DNA of 64,000 nt from Prorocentrum cordatum (lineage: Eukaryota), in NCBI GenBank assembly GCA_963575745.1, contig CAUYUJ010000007.1:1-64000 (forward strand), in the 5' to 3' direction. Position 1 is the stretch's first letter, and every line of letters starts with the position of its first letter. The position numbers were made by a program, and so were the translations under genes. This document shows, piece after piece, positions 17,349 through 44,317 of this stretch. The notes beneath the pieces were generated by a model, which did not search any database, had not been told where the DNA came from, and saw only the letters and a list, made by a program, of their open reading frames with translations.

Positions 17349-20300
17349 AAAATCGTTTATTATCCGCCGGTTTTTGGAGGATTTGGGCATGTACTTCTTG
17401 TCGGCCTTCCGACGGCCCGAGACGGTCCAAGAGCCCCCAAAAATCACCACAAGATCGCCCAAGAGGCCTCCAAGATGGCCCCAGAACGGCCCAAGGACCC
17501 CCAAGACCGCACCAGGAGGGCCCCAAGAAGGCCCAAGAGGCCTCCAAAACGCCCAAGACGGTCCTGGAGCACCCAAAGAGGGCCCCCAAGTCGGCCCAAA
17601 GAGGCACCCAAGACGGCTTCCAACGACGTCAGACGGGCCAGGAATGCCCTAAGACGGCCACGGAGGCTCCCGAGAAGCCCCCGAAGGCCCCAAAGAGGCC
17701 CAAGGAGGCCCCCAAGATGCCCCCAAGAGGCTCCCAGGAAGCTCCCAGGAGGCCCCAAGAGGGCCCCCAGACGGCCAAGCAGGCCTCCACGACGCCCAAG
17801 ATGGCCTCCAAGACGGCCCTGGAACACCCCAAGAGGGCCCCGAGTCGGCCCAGAGAGCCCCCCAAGACAGCTTCCGACGGCGTCAGACGGGCTAGGGGCC
17901 CACCAAGACGGGCCAAGCTGGCTCTAAGATGGCACAAGACGGCCGAAAAGGCTTGCAAGAGACCTCCAAGACGGCCTAAGAGGCCTCCAAGAGGGCCCCC
18001 AGGAAGGCAGGAAAAAGCAAAAATCACTGAAATTCCTTAGGTGGAGTTCGGCATTTGCTTCTCTTCGGCCTTCCGACGGCCCGAGACGGCCCAACAGCCC
18101 AGAAAGATCGCCCAAGAGGGCTCCAAGACGCCCAAGATGGCCTCCAAGACGGCCCTGGAGTACCCAAAGAGGGCCCCCAAGTCGGCCCAAAGAGGCACCC
18201 ACGACAGCTTCCGACGACGTCAGACGTGCCAGAAGACGGCCACGGAGGCTCCAGAGAAGCCCCCGAAGGCCCCCAAGAGGCCTAAGGAGGCCCCCAAGAT
18301 GCCCCCAAGAGGCTCCCAGGAAGCTCCTAGGAGACCCCAAGAGTGTCCCCAGAGGCTCCCCAGACTCCTCCTCCTCCTCCTCCTCCTCCTCCTCCTCCTC
18401 CTGATCTTCCCCACCATCCTCTCCCAAACGATCCCCGAAGGGTCTCCACAACGGTTGGGGGAACTCATGGTCCGATAGCTTGGCAGAGCTCTTGCCACAG
18501 CGCTCGGCCACATGGGCGATTTCAAAAGGCAGGGGGCGGCGGTGATTCGCCGAAGGCGTCGTCGATCCGCCGCCCCCATGTTGGCTTGCCACAGGGGTGC
18601 CGGGCATGCTGAGCTTCTTACACTTTGGTTTTCGTTCTTGTCCGAAGGGACCCCCCCTGGGGCTTCGGCCCGTCCCGCCGGCCACCTGGGAGGAACCCCA
18701 AAAGCAGAAATCTTCCAAGACGGGTCACGATGCCCTCCAAGAGGGCGAAGATGTCTGAAGATGGCCTCCAAGATGCCTCCAAGACGGCCACGATGGCCCC
18801 AAGAGACCCCAACATGGCCCCAAGATGCACCCAAGATGGACCACGACGGTCTAAGACGGCCGAAAAGGCCTGCAAGAGGCCTCCAAGAAGCCTTCTAGAC
18901 GGCCCAGAAGGCCCCCACAGGGTCTCCAGGAAGGCCCCAGAGAGGCCGAAATCATTGATTGTCCGCAGGCTTTTTAAAGATTTGAGCATTTGCTTCTTTT
19001 CGATCTCTTCCGACGGCCCGAGACAGCCCAAGAGCCCACAAAAATCGCCCCAAGATCGCCCAAGAGGCCTCCAAGATGGCGGCCCCATAACGGTCCAAAT
19101 GGCCCCCAAGACCGCACCAGGAGGGCCCCCAGACGGCTCAAGAGGCCTCCGGGACACCCAAGATGGCCTCCAAGACGGTCCTGGAGCACCCCAAGAGGGC
19201 CCCCAAATCGGCCCAAAGAGGCACCCAAGACGGCTTCCGACGACGTCAGACGGGCCAGGAATACCTTAAGACGGCCACAGAGGCCCCCGGAAGCTCCCGA
19301 AGGCCCCCAAGAGGCCCAAGGAGGCCCCCTAGATGCCCCCAAGAGGCTCTCAGGAAGCTCCCAGGAAGCTCCAAGAGTGCCCCCAGAGGCTCCCAAGATG
19401 CCCCCTCTTCCTCCTCCTCCTCCGCCTCCTCTTCATCCTCCTCCTCCTCCTCCTCCTCCTCCTCCGGATCTTCCCCGCCATCCTCCCCCAAGTGTTCCGC
19501 GAAGGGTTTCTATATCGGCTGGGGGAACACATGGTCCCATAGCTTGGCAGAGGTCTTGACACAACGCTCGGCCACACAGGAGATTCCAAAAGGCAGGGGG
19601 AGGCGGTGATTCGCCATAGGCGTCCTCGATACCATGGCAAGACTAAGGCTGCGAACGAGAGTCCGAAAAAACAAACCTAACATTTTGTTGGACGGATATC
19701 TCAAGCTATCCTCCGCTTTAAGCGGTGTGCGCTCAGAGCAGGAACATAGCAAGGCCACAGGAAAGCGTGGCATTGACAGTGTAGCTCCGCACATGTGTCA
19801 AATGCTCGTCCGTCGTCGTGGTCGGTCGTCCGTCGTCGTGACCGATACGTCGTCGACATCGTCGTCGTCAATCGAGGTCGTCAGTCGCCGTCGGTGGGAG
19901 GATGAGGAGGAGGAAGAGCAGGAAGAGGAGGAGGAGGGCGAGGAGGAGGAAGAGGACGTCAGATATGATGCGAGCGCACCCAGCTTGGCCCTCACCCCTC
20001 TCCCCTCAACCCATTTTCCCTTCCACAATCCACAGATACACATTAGGAGTACTGCTCGCCTCTCTCCCCTGACTCCGAGCAGACGATATTTTGCGACCCT
20101 CTCCGCGAACTGCTTTCTTACACACACGATTCAAGCCAACACAACACAAAAAACACAACTACAAAAACATGGATTGTGGCTTTTTACAACCGAATGTCTC
20201 CGGCGTGAAAGAACGGTGTCCCCGTGGCAGCGTGGGCCTCACCTTGGGAGCTGCGCATTGCTTCCGCCGTTCAGCATGGCGCTCTCGCCCCAGCGTGGGC

Positions 20301-20904
20301 AACTTTTCCGGATCCAAGTCTTTTCTCGTCGTTATCGCCCCCTCCTTCAACCCCCTACGCCCTTCCCCTGGTCCTCCTGCTCCTCACGCTCATTCCTCTC
20401 CAGCTCCTGCTGCTGCTGCTATTCGTCCTTCCGTCTTCATCCTTTTTTTCCCCCTTTTCCTCCTGCTCATCCTCCTGCTCATCCGCCACCTCCTCCTCCA
20501 ATGCAGCTACCTTTTCTTCCGACTGCGCGCAGCAATGGGGTCCTCATTTGAGTCCCAGGTCCGCTACGAAACGCGTCGGCGGATACAGAAACAACAGCGC
20601 AATGGAAAGGAGTGGGTGGGAGGGGTAGGATGCCACGTATGGTGCGAGCGCACCTCGTTTGCCCCTTCCTCCCTCCCCCCATGCCCCTCCCCCCCTCCCC
20701 CAGTCCAAGCCCGCGCTGCCTCGAGAACCCTCACCGAATCCAAAGCGGACCTCCTCTGGAAATGCTCGGTCTCCCGGGGGCCCCGAACGGCACCAGGGGC
20801 ACCCCGCGAGCCCGCCCAAGATGGCACGCCCCGCCGCGGGCGCCCGTGCTGGAGACCGAGGCCTCCCGCCTCTCGTGGTCGGGCAAGCTCACCCGCGGGG
20901 GTGG

Positions 20905-20986
20905 AGATGACGATGATGACGGATATGACGATGACGATGACGATGATGATGCTGACGATGATGATGCTGATGATGATGATGATGAC

Positions 20987-21053
<67 letters not shown>

Positions 21054-21500
21054 GTGATGTTGATGGTGATGATGATAATGATGATGATGATGATGATGAT
21101 GCTGATGATGATGCATGCTGCTGCTGATGATGATGGTGATGATGATGGTAATAATAATGGTGATGGTGGTGGTGATGATGCTGCTGATGATGATGGTGAT
21201 GCTGATGATGAGTAGGGTGATGATGATGATGATGATGGTGATGGTGATGGTGATGATGATGATGATGATGATGATGGTGCTGCTGATGATGATGCTGATG
21301 ATGATGATGAGAGTGATGATAATAAAAGGAATAATAATATAATAATAATAATAATAAGAAGAAGAAGAAGAAGAATGATGATGATGATGATGATGATGAT
21401 GGTGCTGATGATGATGATGCTGATGATGATGGTGATGATGATGGTGATGATGATGATGATGGTGATGATGATGGTGATGATGGTGGTGATGATGATGATG
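20905..21500. repeat. (GAT)n microsatellite
   Basis: Direct observation. Confidence 0.95.
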
Positions 21501-21597
21501 ACGTGAGTGTTTTTGCTGCTAGGGCGACTCCCGCCCTGTGGCGTGTGGGGTGGAGGTGCTCTGAAGGGCGCCGCGCACGGGGAAGAGGCGCAAGTGG

Positions 21598-21811
21598 AGG
21601 CTTCCCAGCCAGGGTCGGAGCGGGTGGGGTCTAAGGGTTGCGCCGCATCGCCGATGCATCGCCGATGCATCGCAGACGTATCGGCGCCGTCGGCGCAGAC
21701 AAAATCTGGCTCCACATCGAGCCGCATCGCCCGTTGAGCCGCATCGCCGATACATCGACGATGCGGCTTGATCCTCCGACAATGTCCATTCGGATCCGAC
21801 TTGGGAAGCCT
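21598..21811. mobile_element. MITE-like element with gcatcgccgat core; related pieces at 37406-37620 and 38565-38625
   Basis: Inverted ends aggcttccca / tgggaagcct; the internal motif is shared with the other two loci. Confidence 0.5.
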
Positions 21812-22251
21812 AGGGCAAGAGGGGGCGGCACTCTAAGAAGGCGGGGGGCGGCTTCTTAGAAGGGCCCAGGGGCTTCTCAGGAGACTTCTTAGAGGAACAA
21901 GAAGCGGCATAAACATCAACTTTCGGCGTTCCGCTCGGATCTCTTGGATCGGCGCTGGGCCCCCCTCCCCTGGCGCGCGGAAAGCGCCAGAAGCGGCACC
22001 AGAGGCACCGCCAGGGAGGCCCAGCGCCGATCAGAGAAACCCGCGCGGAGCGCCGAAGGTTCAGGAGGGCTTCTCGGAAGCCAGGAGGCCGTTTTAGGAA
22101 GGCCACGTCCTTCTTAGAAGACTGTGTCCACCCCGACAGTGCCTATGTGCGTGACGACACCCAATGTTCCCCAGACGCTTGTGGCTAGAAAGTGGCAACG
22201 GTATTTGGCATAGGCCCCAGACATTGGCCTTGTATAGAAGGTAGACTTGGC

Positions 22252-22494
22252 CCTGATGAGCCTGTTTTCCACCACAACCACCACCACCACCACCCTGAGT
22301 AGGACGGGGAAGGGGTCCTCCTCTCCTCCTCCTCCTCCTCCTCATCCTCCTCCTCCTCCTCCTCCTCCTCCTCCTCCTACTCCTCCTCCTCCTCCTCCTC
22401 CTCCTCCTCCTCCTCCTCCTCCTCCTCCTCCTCCTCCTCCTCCTCCTTAATCCAACTTCTGGTGGTGGTGGATGTGGAAAACAAGCCCATCAGG
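22252..22494. repeat. Inverted repeats enclosing a (CCT)n tract
   Basis: cctgatgagcctgttttcca versus tggaaaacaagcccatcagg (18/20 complementary). Confidence 0.6.
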
Positions 22495-23382
22495 CCCTGC
22501 AACTCTTAGGAAGGCCTCACCCTTCTCAGGAAGCCCCCCTGCCTGCGTCGACGGTCGACCCCCTTGCGCTACCCGGCGGTGCGCACCGCCAGCTTCTTGG
22601 ACAGCGGAGGCACTGGTCATCACACCCCCTCCTCCTCTCGTGCGTGAGCGAGCGTGAGCGAGTGTGAGTGCAACGAGTAGAGTGGATGTGAGTGGGGGGT
22701 GAATGCGGTGTGCGCGCGTGTGGTGATGCGGTGGTGAGGAGTGTGATGATGTGACGGTGAGGGGCGTGAGCGGAGTGGGGCGTGGAGGGGCGTGAGTAGA
22801 AGCGTGGGCGATTTCCCGACGTCCTCCCACAAACTCGCGATTTCTCTGACCTCCCCGCGTGGTGCAACAAACAAGCTGCTTCGTCGCGGCTGACTTGACA
22901 ACAAGACGCCGTCGGGGCAGCCGAGGGACGCTTCGGGGCCAGATTGGGCACAGGAGGAGCGCGAGAGGTGCGGCAGGGGGGAGAAGGACGTCGCGGGCGG
23001 CAGAGCGCGCTCAGACCGTGACGTTACTGCGCGTGTGCGCCGGAGCACACGCTTCCAGGACAGGTTCCTGACAATCTCCGGCCGCTGTCCGCAGGGGGGC
23101 CGTCAAAACGGCTGAAGGCGAGAGGCCGGTCCCCACGGAGAGTCCAGGCCTCTGGGGAGCCTCGCGGACCCGCGCGATCCAGTGCCCCCTCCCCCACTCC
23201 TGCCTCCCCCCTCCAATCCACCCTCCGCTCTAACCTCTCCCCTCCCCTCCCCTCCCTCCCCCTCTGCCCTCCCGTCCACCCTCCCCTCCCGTCCCCTCGC
23301 CCATCCCATCCCCCCTCCGATTCCTTCCCCCGCGGTGCAGGGCTGGCTCGATGAGGGACAGGCTCGACGGGGAGCGGTTTTC

Positions 23383-23577
23383 GGGGAACAAAAAGTGACA
23401 TAAACATAAGAACTCGGAGGTCCGCGCGGGTTTCTCGGATCGGCGCTGGACCCCCCTCCCTGGCGCGCGGAGCGCGCCAGGGGCGGCGCCTCCGGCGCCG
23501 CCGGGGGGGTCCAGCGCCGATCCGAGAAATCCGCGCGGACTTCCGAGTTGTTATATTTATGTCACTTTTTGTTCCCC
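23383..23577. mobile_element. Foldback MITE with ~70-bp TIRs (GGGGAAC...GTTCCCC); decayed copies at ~21893-22062, 41565-41675, 42065-42240
   Basis: ggggaacaaaaagtgacataaa...cggatcggcgctggacccccc has a near-perfect inverted copy at the other end. Confidence 0.8.
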
Positions 23578-23714
23578 TAGGTTCGACCGAGGACCGGTGC
23601 GACAGAGGACCAGGTCGACAGCAGGGACCAGTTCGCCAGACCCGGGTTCGACGGACCTGGGTCGCCACCCCCCGCCCCCGCGCATCCTCCCCACGCCCCC
23701 ACCGCCCTTCGACC

Positions 23715-24035
23715 CCGAGCGCGTTCCACTGCTCGCAAGGTAGCTACTCGCAAAATGTGAAGTCGGGCGTGTCCCCCTGCAAGGGGATTTTCGACGAGAA
23801 ATAAAAGATGCTGAAAAAATACACCAAAAAGGTCCAAAAATATTCCAAAAATAGTCCCCGTTTTCTTTGTTTTGACTACTTCTGGACAAAATTGGGAGTA
23901 TGTTTTATTTTTCGTTGATAATCCCCCTGTAGGGGGACAGGCCCGACCTAACGCAAATGGCCTGGGTCCGCCAGGCATGGTGTTTTTGTCGGACGCTTGC
24001 GGGTAGGCACTTTGCGAGTAGTGGAACGCGCTCGG
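23715..24035. mobile_element. MITE with cgagcgcgttccactactcgcaaag TIRs
   Basis: TIRs at both ends; the same TIRs occur at 37942-38085 around a different interior. Confidence 0.75.
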
Positions 24036-24084
24036 CGACTCTGAACACTCCTGGCCAAACACTTTTGCCGCCCCGCAGGCGTGC

Positions 24085-38366
<14,282 letters not shown>

Positions 38367-40489
38367 CTTGAAGCCAGACGGTCGGCAGAGGAACCACGGT
38401 AAGACGGACACGGCGCGGAGGCGCGGGTCGAGGGTGCGCTGTCAAGGACACGTGTCCCATCCCAGTTCATTTTTGGGACGGCCCCTCGACCCAATACGAG
38501 CCCCCAGAAGCCGAAAACTGCCGAAAAACTCACCGTCGCAATATTTGAACGACGCGAGGATGTCTAGGTGCATTGGCGATGCGGCGCGATCCTCCGACCC
38601 CGATCTACTCTGGCCTCATTTGGGTAGCATGGGTTCTCCGAAGGCGGGAGGGCCCGCCATGGGCCAGCTGCCTCCCTTAGAGGACCCCCTTCCACGCGCG
38701 CCCACCCTGGGGCGACGCCGAGCAGCGGAAGGTCCCGCGCAAGAGAGGGGCCGACAGAGCAGTCGACCAGAGTGGAGCAAGATGCCCGATGCAGGCGCAC
38801 GCGGAGCAAGACGGCACATGGTTCGAGAGGCCGATCACGCGAGCCAGCAACGGCGGGTTCTCGTCGTGACGAACATCGGCTTCCGACATCGCGTGGACGT
38901 TTCAGCATTGAAAGATCGCCGCTTCCCGATGGCGCCGATCGTTCGACGTCGGCCGACTCTGGGCCGCCGCCGGCGCTCAGACTTCAACGTCCAAGATGTG
39001 GTCGCCGCTGCGTCGTTACGACGTGAACCTATACTCGGGCGAGTGTTCGACATACGCAGAAGGCAGTTACACTTCAAGAAGAAATGCGAGCCAGCGTGAA
39101 CACCGACCAGTGTGGTTCTAGCAAACCATGTGGTGCAATATATGTGGTGCAGTGTATGCTGTGCAATCTATGTGGGGCAAATTATGTTGTGGAATATATG
39201 TTGTGTACCATGTGTGGTGCAATGTAGTGCAGCTTGTGTGATGCAAACTACGTGGTGCAATTAATCATTGCGCACGTGTGAATTGTCAACTTCATTGATC
39301 GCGCAATCATCCCACCCACCCAACCGCAACTTGATTTGAAAGCCCATGAAGCGGCAATGGCGGTGCCTGGCTAAAGCTTTTGAAAGATTCCAGGATGCGC
39401 GCGCGACGACGCGCGCGTGTGCACTCCGTCTATTTGCTGTAAGGGATCATTTAAAGATCTTTGAAGATGAAGAAATGTGCTCGCATTACATGTTTTGCAA
39501 GGGATGCGGGAGGGGGTCGATACGGTATCGAATATATGAAGTCGTTGTTTGCGCAAATCGAGCAAACAGTTTAAATGGTTGAGCTAGGTGAAGAAGCACA
39601 TGGGATCTTGTACCCACATCGGTCTTCCCCAGCGCTTCGGCACAGGAAAACTCACGCGAGCCTAAGCATTCCGCCCCGCGCGCAGCTCGTGTACGCGCGA
39701 GGAGGGCCTCGTGTGGGCACAAGGCGGGCGTGAGAAGAGAAATGTTTCTCCCGACGGGCAGGCATGCCACGAATTCCGCCCACGCCGCTGGAACCTCTAT
39801 AGTTTGCGACCAGCGATGGAAACACAGGCGGATGGGAGCTAGCGGAGGAGGAAGATGGGGGAAGGGGAGACGAAGAGGAGGAAAGGGGGAGAAAAGGCCT
39901 TGCAACGCTCCGCATCTTCCCCAGCATCATGGCGGGCGGACTCATCGAACACCAACAAAAGCCGGTACACAATGCGCACCGTGACTTTGAAACGCCACAC
40001 CATTCGGATTTCATCTGGGCATTGTCTGGCGTGCACCTCCAGGTTTCGGTATTGTTCGGAAAGCTAGTCATGGCCTCGTCTTCGGGATCATCAATGAATT
40101 CGTATTTAGCATGAACGATGGGACAAAATCAGATGTAAATTGCACACCCCCAAGGGGGCGGATAAGTCCGGCCTCGGAAGGGTGGTGGATCTAAATCCCT
40201 TTTTCAAGAGGAAGACCTGTGCTGTGCAGCCTATGCAGTGCAATCAATTGGCGGCGACGAGGCGGCGACGGGGCGGCAACGGCGGGCACATAGGGACAAG
40301 ACCGGCACACGGGCCCAGACGACGGGCGGCGACGAGGCGGCGACGGAGCGGCAACGGCGAGCACGTGGCCGCCAGACCGGGAGGCACACAGGACGACGGG
40401 CGGCGACGAGGCGGCGACGGGGCGGCGGCGGGGTAGCAACGGCGGGCACGGAGCTGCCAGACCGACACGCAGGCCCAGTTCCTTAGAAA

Positions 40490-41520
40490 ATGATCCTGGC
40501 GAAGGACCCAACCATGAGCAGTTGTGAGCAGCGCAGTTGTCAGTATCGTCTTCGGTGGAGCTCCCTATGGGGCCACGAAACGCGTGAGGGGCGTGCCGAA
40601 ATGCGCGCGATCACGCTCGCAGTGCCTGCCAATGGGACCTTCAGTGGAGCTCCCTATGGGGCCGGGAAACGTGGGAGGGGTGTGCCAGTGGAGGGGCGGC
40701 GGCATGCGAACGGAGCCACTGGGGCCCTCGGTGGAGCTCCCTACGACGCCACAAAACGTGTGAGCGGTGTGCCCAAATGGGGTGGAACTGCATGCGAACG
40801 GAGCCACCGGGGCCTGAGGTGGAGCTCCCTATAGGGCTACGAAGCGTGTGAGCGGCGTGCCCAAATGGGGGTGGAACCGCATGCGAATGGAGCCACTGGG
40901 GCCTGAGGTGGAGCTCCCTATTGTGCTACGACAAGTGTGATGGGTGTGCCCAAGTGGGGGTGGAGCCGCGTGCCAACGGGGCTTCTGGGGCCTTCAGAGG
41001 AGCTCCCTATGGGGCCCCGAAACGTGGGAGGGGTGTGCCCAAGTGGGGGTGGAACCGCATGCGAACGGAACCTCTGGCTCCTTCGGTGGAGCTTCCTGTG
41101 GGGCCACGAAACGCAGGAGGGATGTGCCCAAGTGGTGGTGGAACCGCATGCGAACGGAGCCGCGGGGGCCTTCGGTGGAGCTCCCTGATGGGCCACGAAA
41201 CGCGTGAGGGGTGTGCCGAGATGGGGGCCGAACCGCATGCGAACGGAGCCACTGGGGCCTTCGGTAGAGCTCCCTATGACGCAAGGAAGCGTGTGAGCGG
41301 CGTGCCGACATGGGGGGTGGAACTGCATGCGAACGCAGCCACTGAGGCCTTCGGTGGAGCTCCCCATTGGGCCACGAAACGTGTGGGGTGCGCCGGAACT
41401 GACATGCGGAGAGCAGAGGCAGGGATGGGAGGAGGGAGGAAGGGGGAGGAGGACGGAGGAGAGGAGACGCGGGGCGCTCTCTTCAAATCGAGGACCCAAC
41501 ACCACAGGATGGCTGGGAAC
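40490..41520 (-). mobile_element. Complete, more diverged copy of the DINE-like tandem-array family
   Basis: Same termini as 15891-17348 (tcctggcgaaggacccaaccat ... aggacccaacaccacaggatggctgggaac); A-run flanks. Confidence 0.75.
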
Positions 41521-44112
41521 AAATAGGAACCCCTGAGTGCAAGCACAGTTCGGGAAAACCGGCATGAATAAAGTTTTCGGCGGTCCGCGCGGATTTGTTA
41601 GATCGGCGCTGCAGGCGCCGCCAGGGGGGTCCCAGCGCCGATCCGAGAAATCCGTGCGGAGCGTCGAAAGTTTATGCTCACGCAGATTTACGCAGAAGGC
41701 AGCTACACGTCGCCACCATTACCACGCCTGGCCAGGGCCGTCCTGGGTTCTGGCACGGCGCAGACTATCTCCTAGCCTTGACCAGGAGGGTCTATGCGCC
41801 ATCTTGGGGCCCTGGCGGGCATGGCGGCGCATAGCTGCCTCACGGGGGGAGGATATGTCTTGGAGTACCATGTCGGATCTGCTCCAGAGCAGGAACATAC
41901 AGTAAACGGATCTACCCTTTCTCTGGCCTTGTACTGCGCCGAGCGCAACGGCCCCAATGTGTCTATAGACGCTTGTGGCTAAAACGTGAGAGCGCTGTTT
42001 GGCCTAGACGTGTCTGAGGGCACCGGGCAGAAATTACAGGAGCTGTCAACAATCTGAACAGCCAAAAGCTTACGGAGGTCCGCGCGGACAGTATTGGGCT
42101 GGCGCTGGCCCCCCCTCCCGCATCCCCCTCTCGACGCCCCCAGCACGCCCCGCGCGCCAGGAAAGGGGCGCCGGGGGAAGGGGCCCAGCGCCAGCCCAAG
42201 AAATCCGCGGGGACCTCCGAATGCTTGTGTATGAAGGTTTCGTTTTGGGGGGGAGAGGGCGGCGGGTGGCGGGTGGCGCGGGGCGGCACGCAATTTTGGA
42301 CTCCACGTCCGAGCGTCTCCAGGGGGCGTCGAGTCCAGCCGCATGCTGCAACGGAGGCAGGTAGGCGGCACGCAAATCTTGTTCACGAGGCGAAAGGCAT
42401 CTGCTTAGATGAAACCTGCTCGCCATCATGACGCGTACTTCTGCAGAGACCAGGTGAAGACTGGAAGAGGGGACGGCGCAGAGACGTCTTCCATCCGTCG
42501 CCTCCACACAGGGGATCACGAAGTATCTCGTGAAGTCAGCGATGCCTTCGAAGGATGCCTCGAACGGTCTGGGGAAGCTCACGCCTTGGCAAGCTTATCA
42601 CGACGGCTTGTGACGATAGCATTCCGCACCGAAAAAAGGCTACTTGGCGCTTACATATGACGAGGCGAAGCGCACCTACGTTTGTCGTCGATGACACCTG
42701 CATCGCATAGCAATAAGAGCAGTGACTACGTCACCTAAAAATATACGCGTCTGCGGAGATGACGTGTGCATCACGCAGGGCTGCAGGGGCGGCAGTGTAG
42801 ACAGAAAATCGGGGGCATCCAAGAGGGGGCGTCCAAGAGGGGGATTCACAAATCATAGCCCGAGGCATGTGCGCGGCCCAGGGGGCCACGGAACGTACAG
42901 CACACGTAGAGGGGCCATGAGATCTGGGGAGATACCATGGCCCCCGCCGTGATATCCAGCCCCCCTAGTGATCACCCCCCTCCTGGACCCCAGAAACGCC
43001 TCCCATGGATGCCCGGGACGGCCCGGGACGGCCACGGGATCACGCCTCGGTGACTGCAGCCTTCTGGCGGGCGCGCACAGGGGGGCGGCCGTCTGCTACC
43101 CCGGATGGCACACAAGAGTCGCCCCCCCTTCCTTTCAGTGGATTTCGACGGGGGGATTGGGCGCGCGCCGTCGGGGCGGGGCTGGGGGGGGGGATGGCAG
43201 CTTTGCAGCTCTCGAGTTCCTGGGCCAGGTGGGGGGGGGGGGAGGAGAATTTTGGACGCACGTGGAGCGGGGTGTGGGGGGGGGATGGGGCGTTCCGTTG
43301 AAGATTAGTCGTCCCCCCCCCCGATGACTGTGCCGTGCGGAATGAGGAGGCTGGGGGCTTCTTGGAGGGCATGGGCCTTAGGCAGTGGGGGCCGATCCAC
43401 CAGAAACCTTCCACAAGAAACCCAACCCGGAGACCCCAGGACGTCCATGGATTTTTGGTGGGAACGCCACACCTTCCGTCGCAAAACCATCGAAACCCAA
43501 GAAATTCAGGGCGCCCTGGAGGCACGCAGGGTGCTTCTTGGCACGGGTCTCCACTGTACGGGCCCGCAGGCTTCGGAGAAGGCTTCTTAGAGGCCGGGAG
43601 AGGGCTTCCCAGAAGCCCTCCCCTCGCGCCACGCCCAAGCGCGCGCGCACCCCTTCGGTGGCAACTCATGGGAGCCTCCCGTATCAACCTGCTGGCTCTT
43701 GCGAACCGACGCTAACCGACGCCAGTCGACATTCATCGACCATGAATCGACGCGCAGTCGACGCCAATTGACGCTAATCGACGCGAATCCCCCCAGCCCT
43801 CGGGGCGTAGGCGGTGGAACGATCTGTTTCTCCCCTCGTCTCCCCGAGGTTTTGCGGGGGGGGGGTCGCGAGCGGTCAGGGCGCCCAAGATGGCCCAGTA
43901 TTGAAGGGGCCCTGGGACACACAAATAAATACACAAAAAAAGATGTTCCCCATATTTTCCTATATTTTCTTGGTTTTTGTCTTCCCCGCCACTTCCCATA
44001 TTTTCCCATATTTCCCCATATCCTAAGGATTGGGGTTCTTGTTATTACTCTGACGCCTCCCACTGCTCCTCCTTCCTCCCGCTCGCGCCTCCCTCCTCCC
44101 AATGATAATCAC

Positions 44113-44300
44113 CAGATAAGACAAGACAAGATAAGATACTACAAGATAAGATAAGATAGCACAAGATATGATAAGGTAAGATAAGATATATGACAAGGTA
44201 GGATAATATATAAGATAAGACAGCCTATGGAGTAATAAGATAAGACAAGATATGATGCGATAAGATGAGTTGATATAAGATAAGCTAAGACAAGATAAGA
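44113..44300. repeat. (AGATA)n microsatellite
   Basis: Direct observation. Confidence 0.9.
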
Positions 44301-44317
44301 GATTTCACTCACACTCT

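Larger units (their letters stand above)
7980..19630 (+). mobile_element. Head-to-tail array of non-autonomous Helentron-like units with degenerate ccaagatggcc interiors
   Basis: Junction (ggggcggc)ggtgattcgccNNNggcgtcttcgat|ccgccgccccctg recurs at 8740, 10256, 12442, 15497 and 18566; last tail ends at 19630. Subterminal inverted repeats plus a 3' hairpin. The Helentron assignment is structural inference. Confidence 0.65.

Noticed and set aside
8000..19600. Numerous Pro/Arg- or Leu/Gly-rich ORFs, including the 644- and 663-aa ORFs at 15.7-17.9 kb
   Set aside because: Stop-poor translations of tandem repeats, open in several frames on both strands.
19734..19748. 15-bp match cagagcaggaacata shared with ~41885-41899
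   Set aside because: Flanks do not align convincingly; may be chance.
39580..39670. REFSCAEALG...HVLLHL as a Helitron Rep fragment
   Set aside because: Resemblance too weak; no HUH or helicase motifs nearby.
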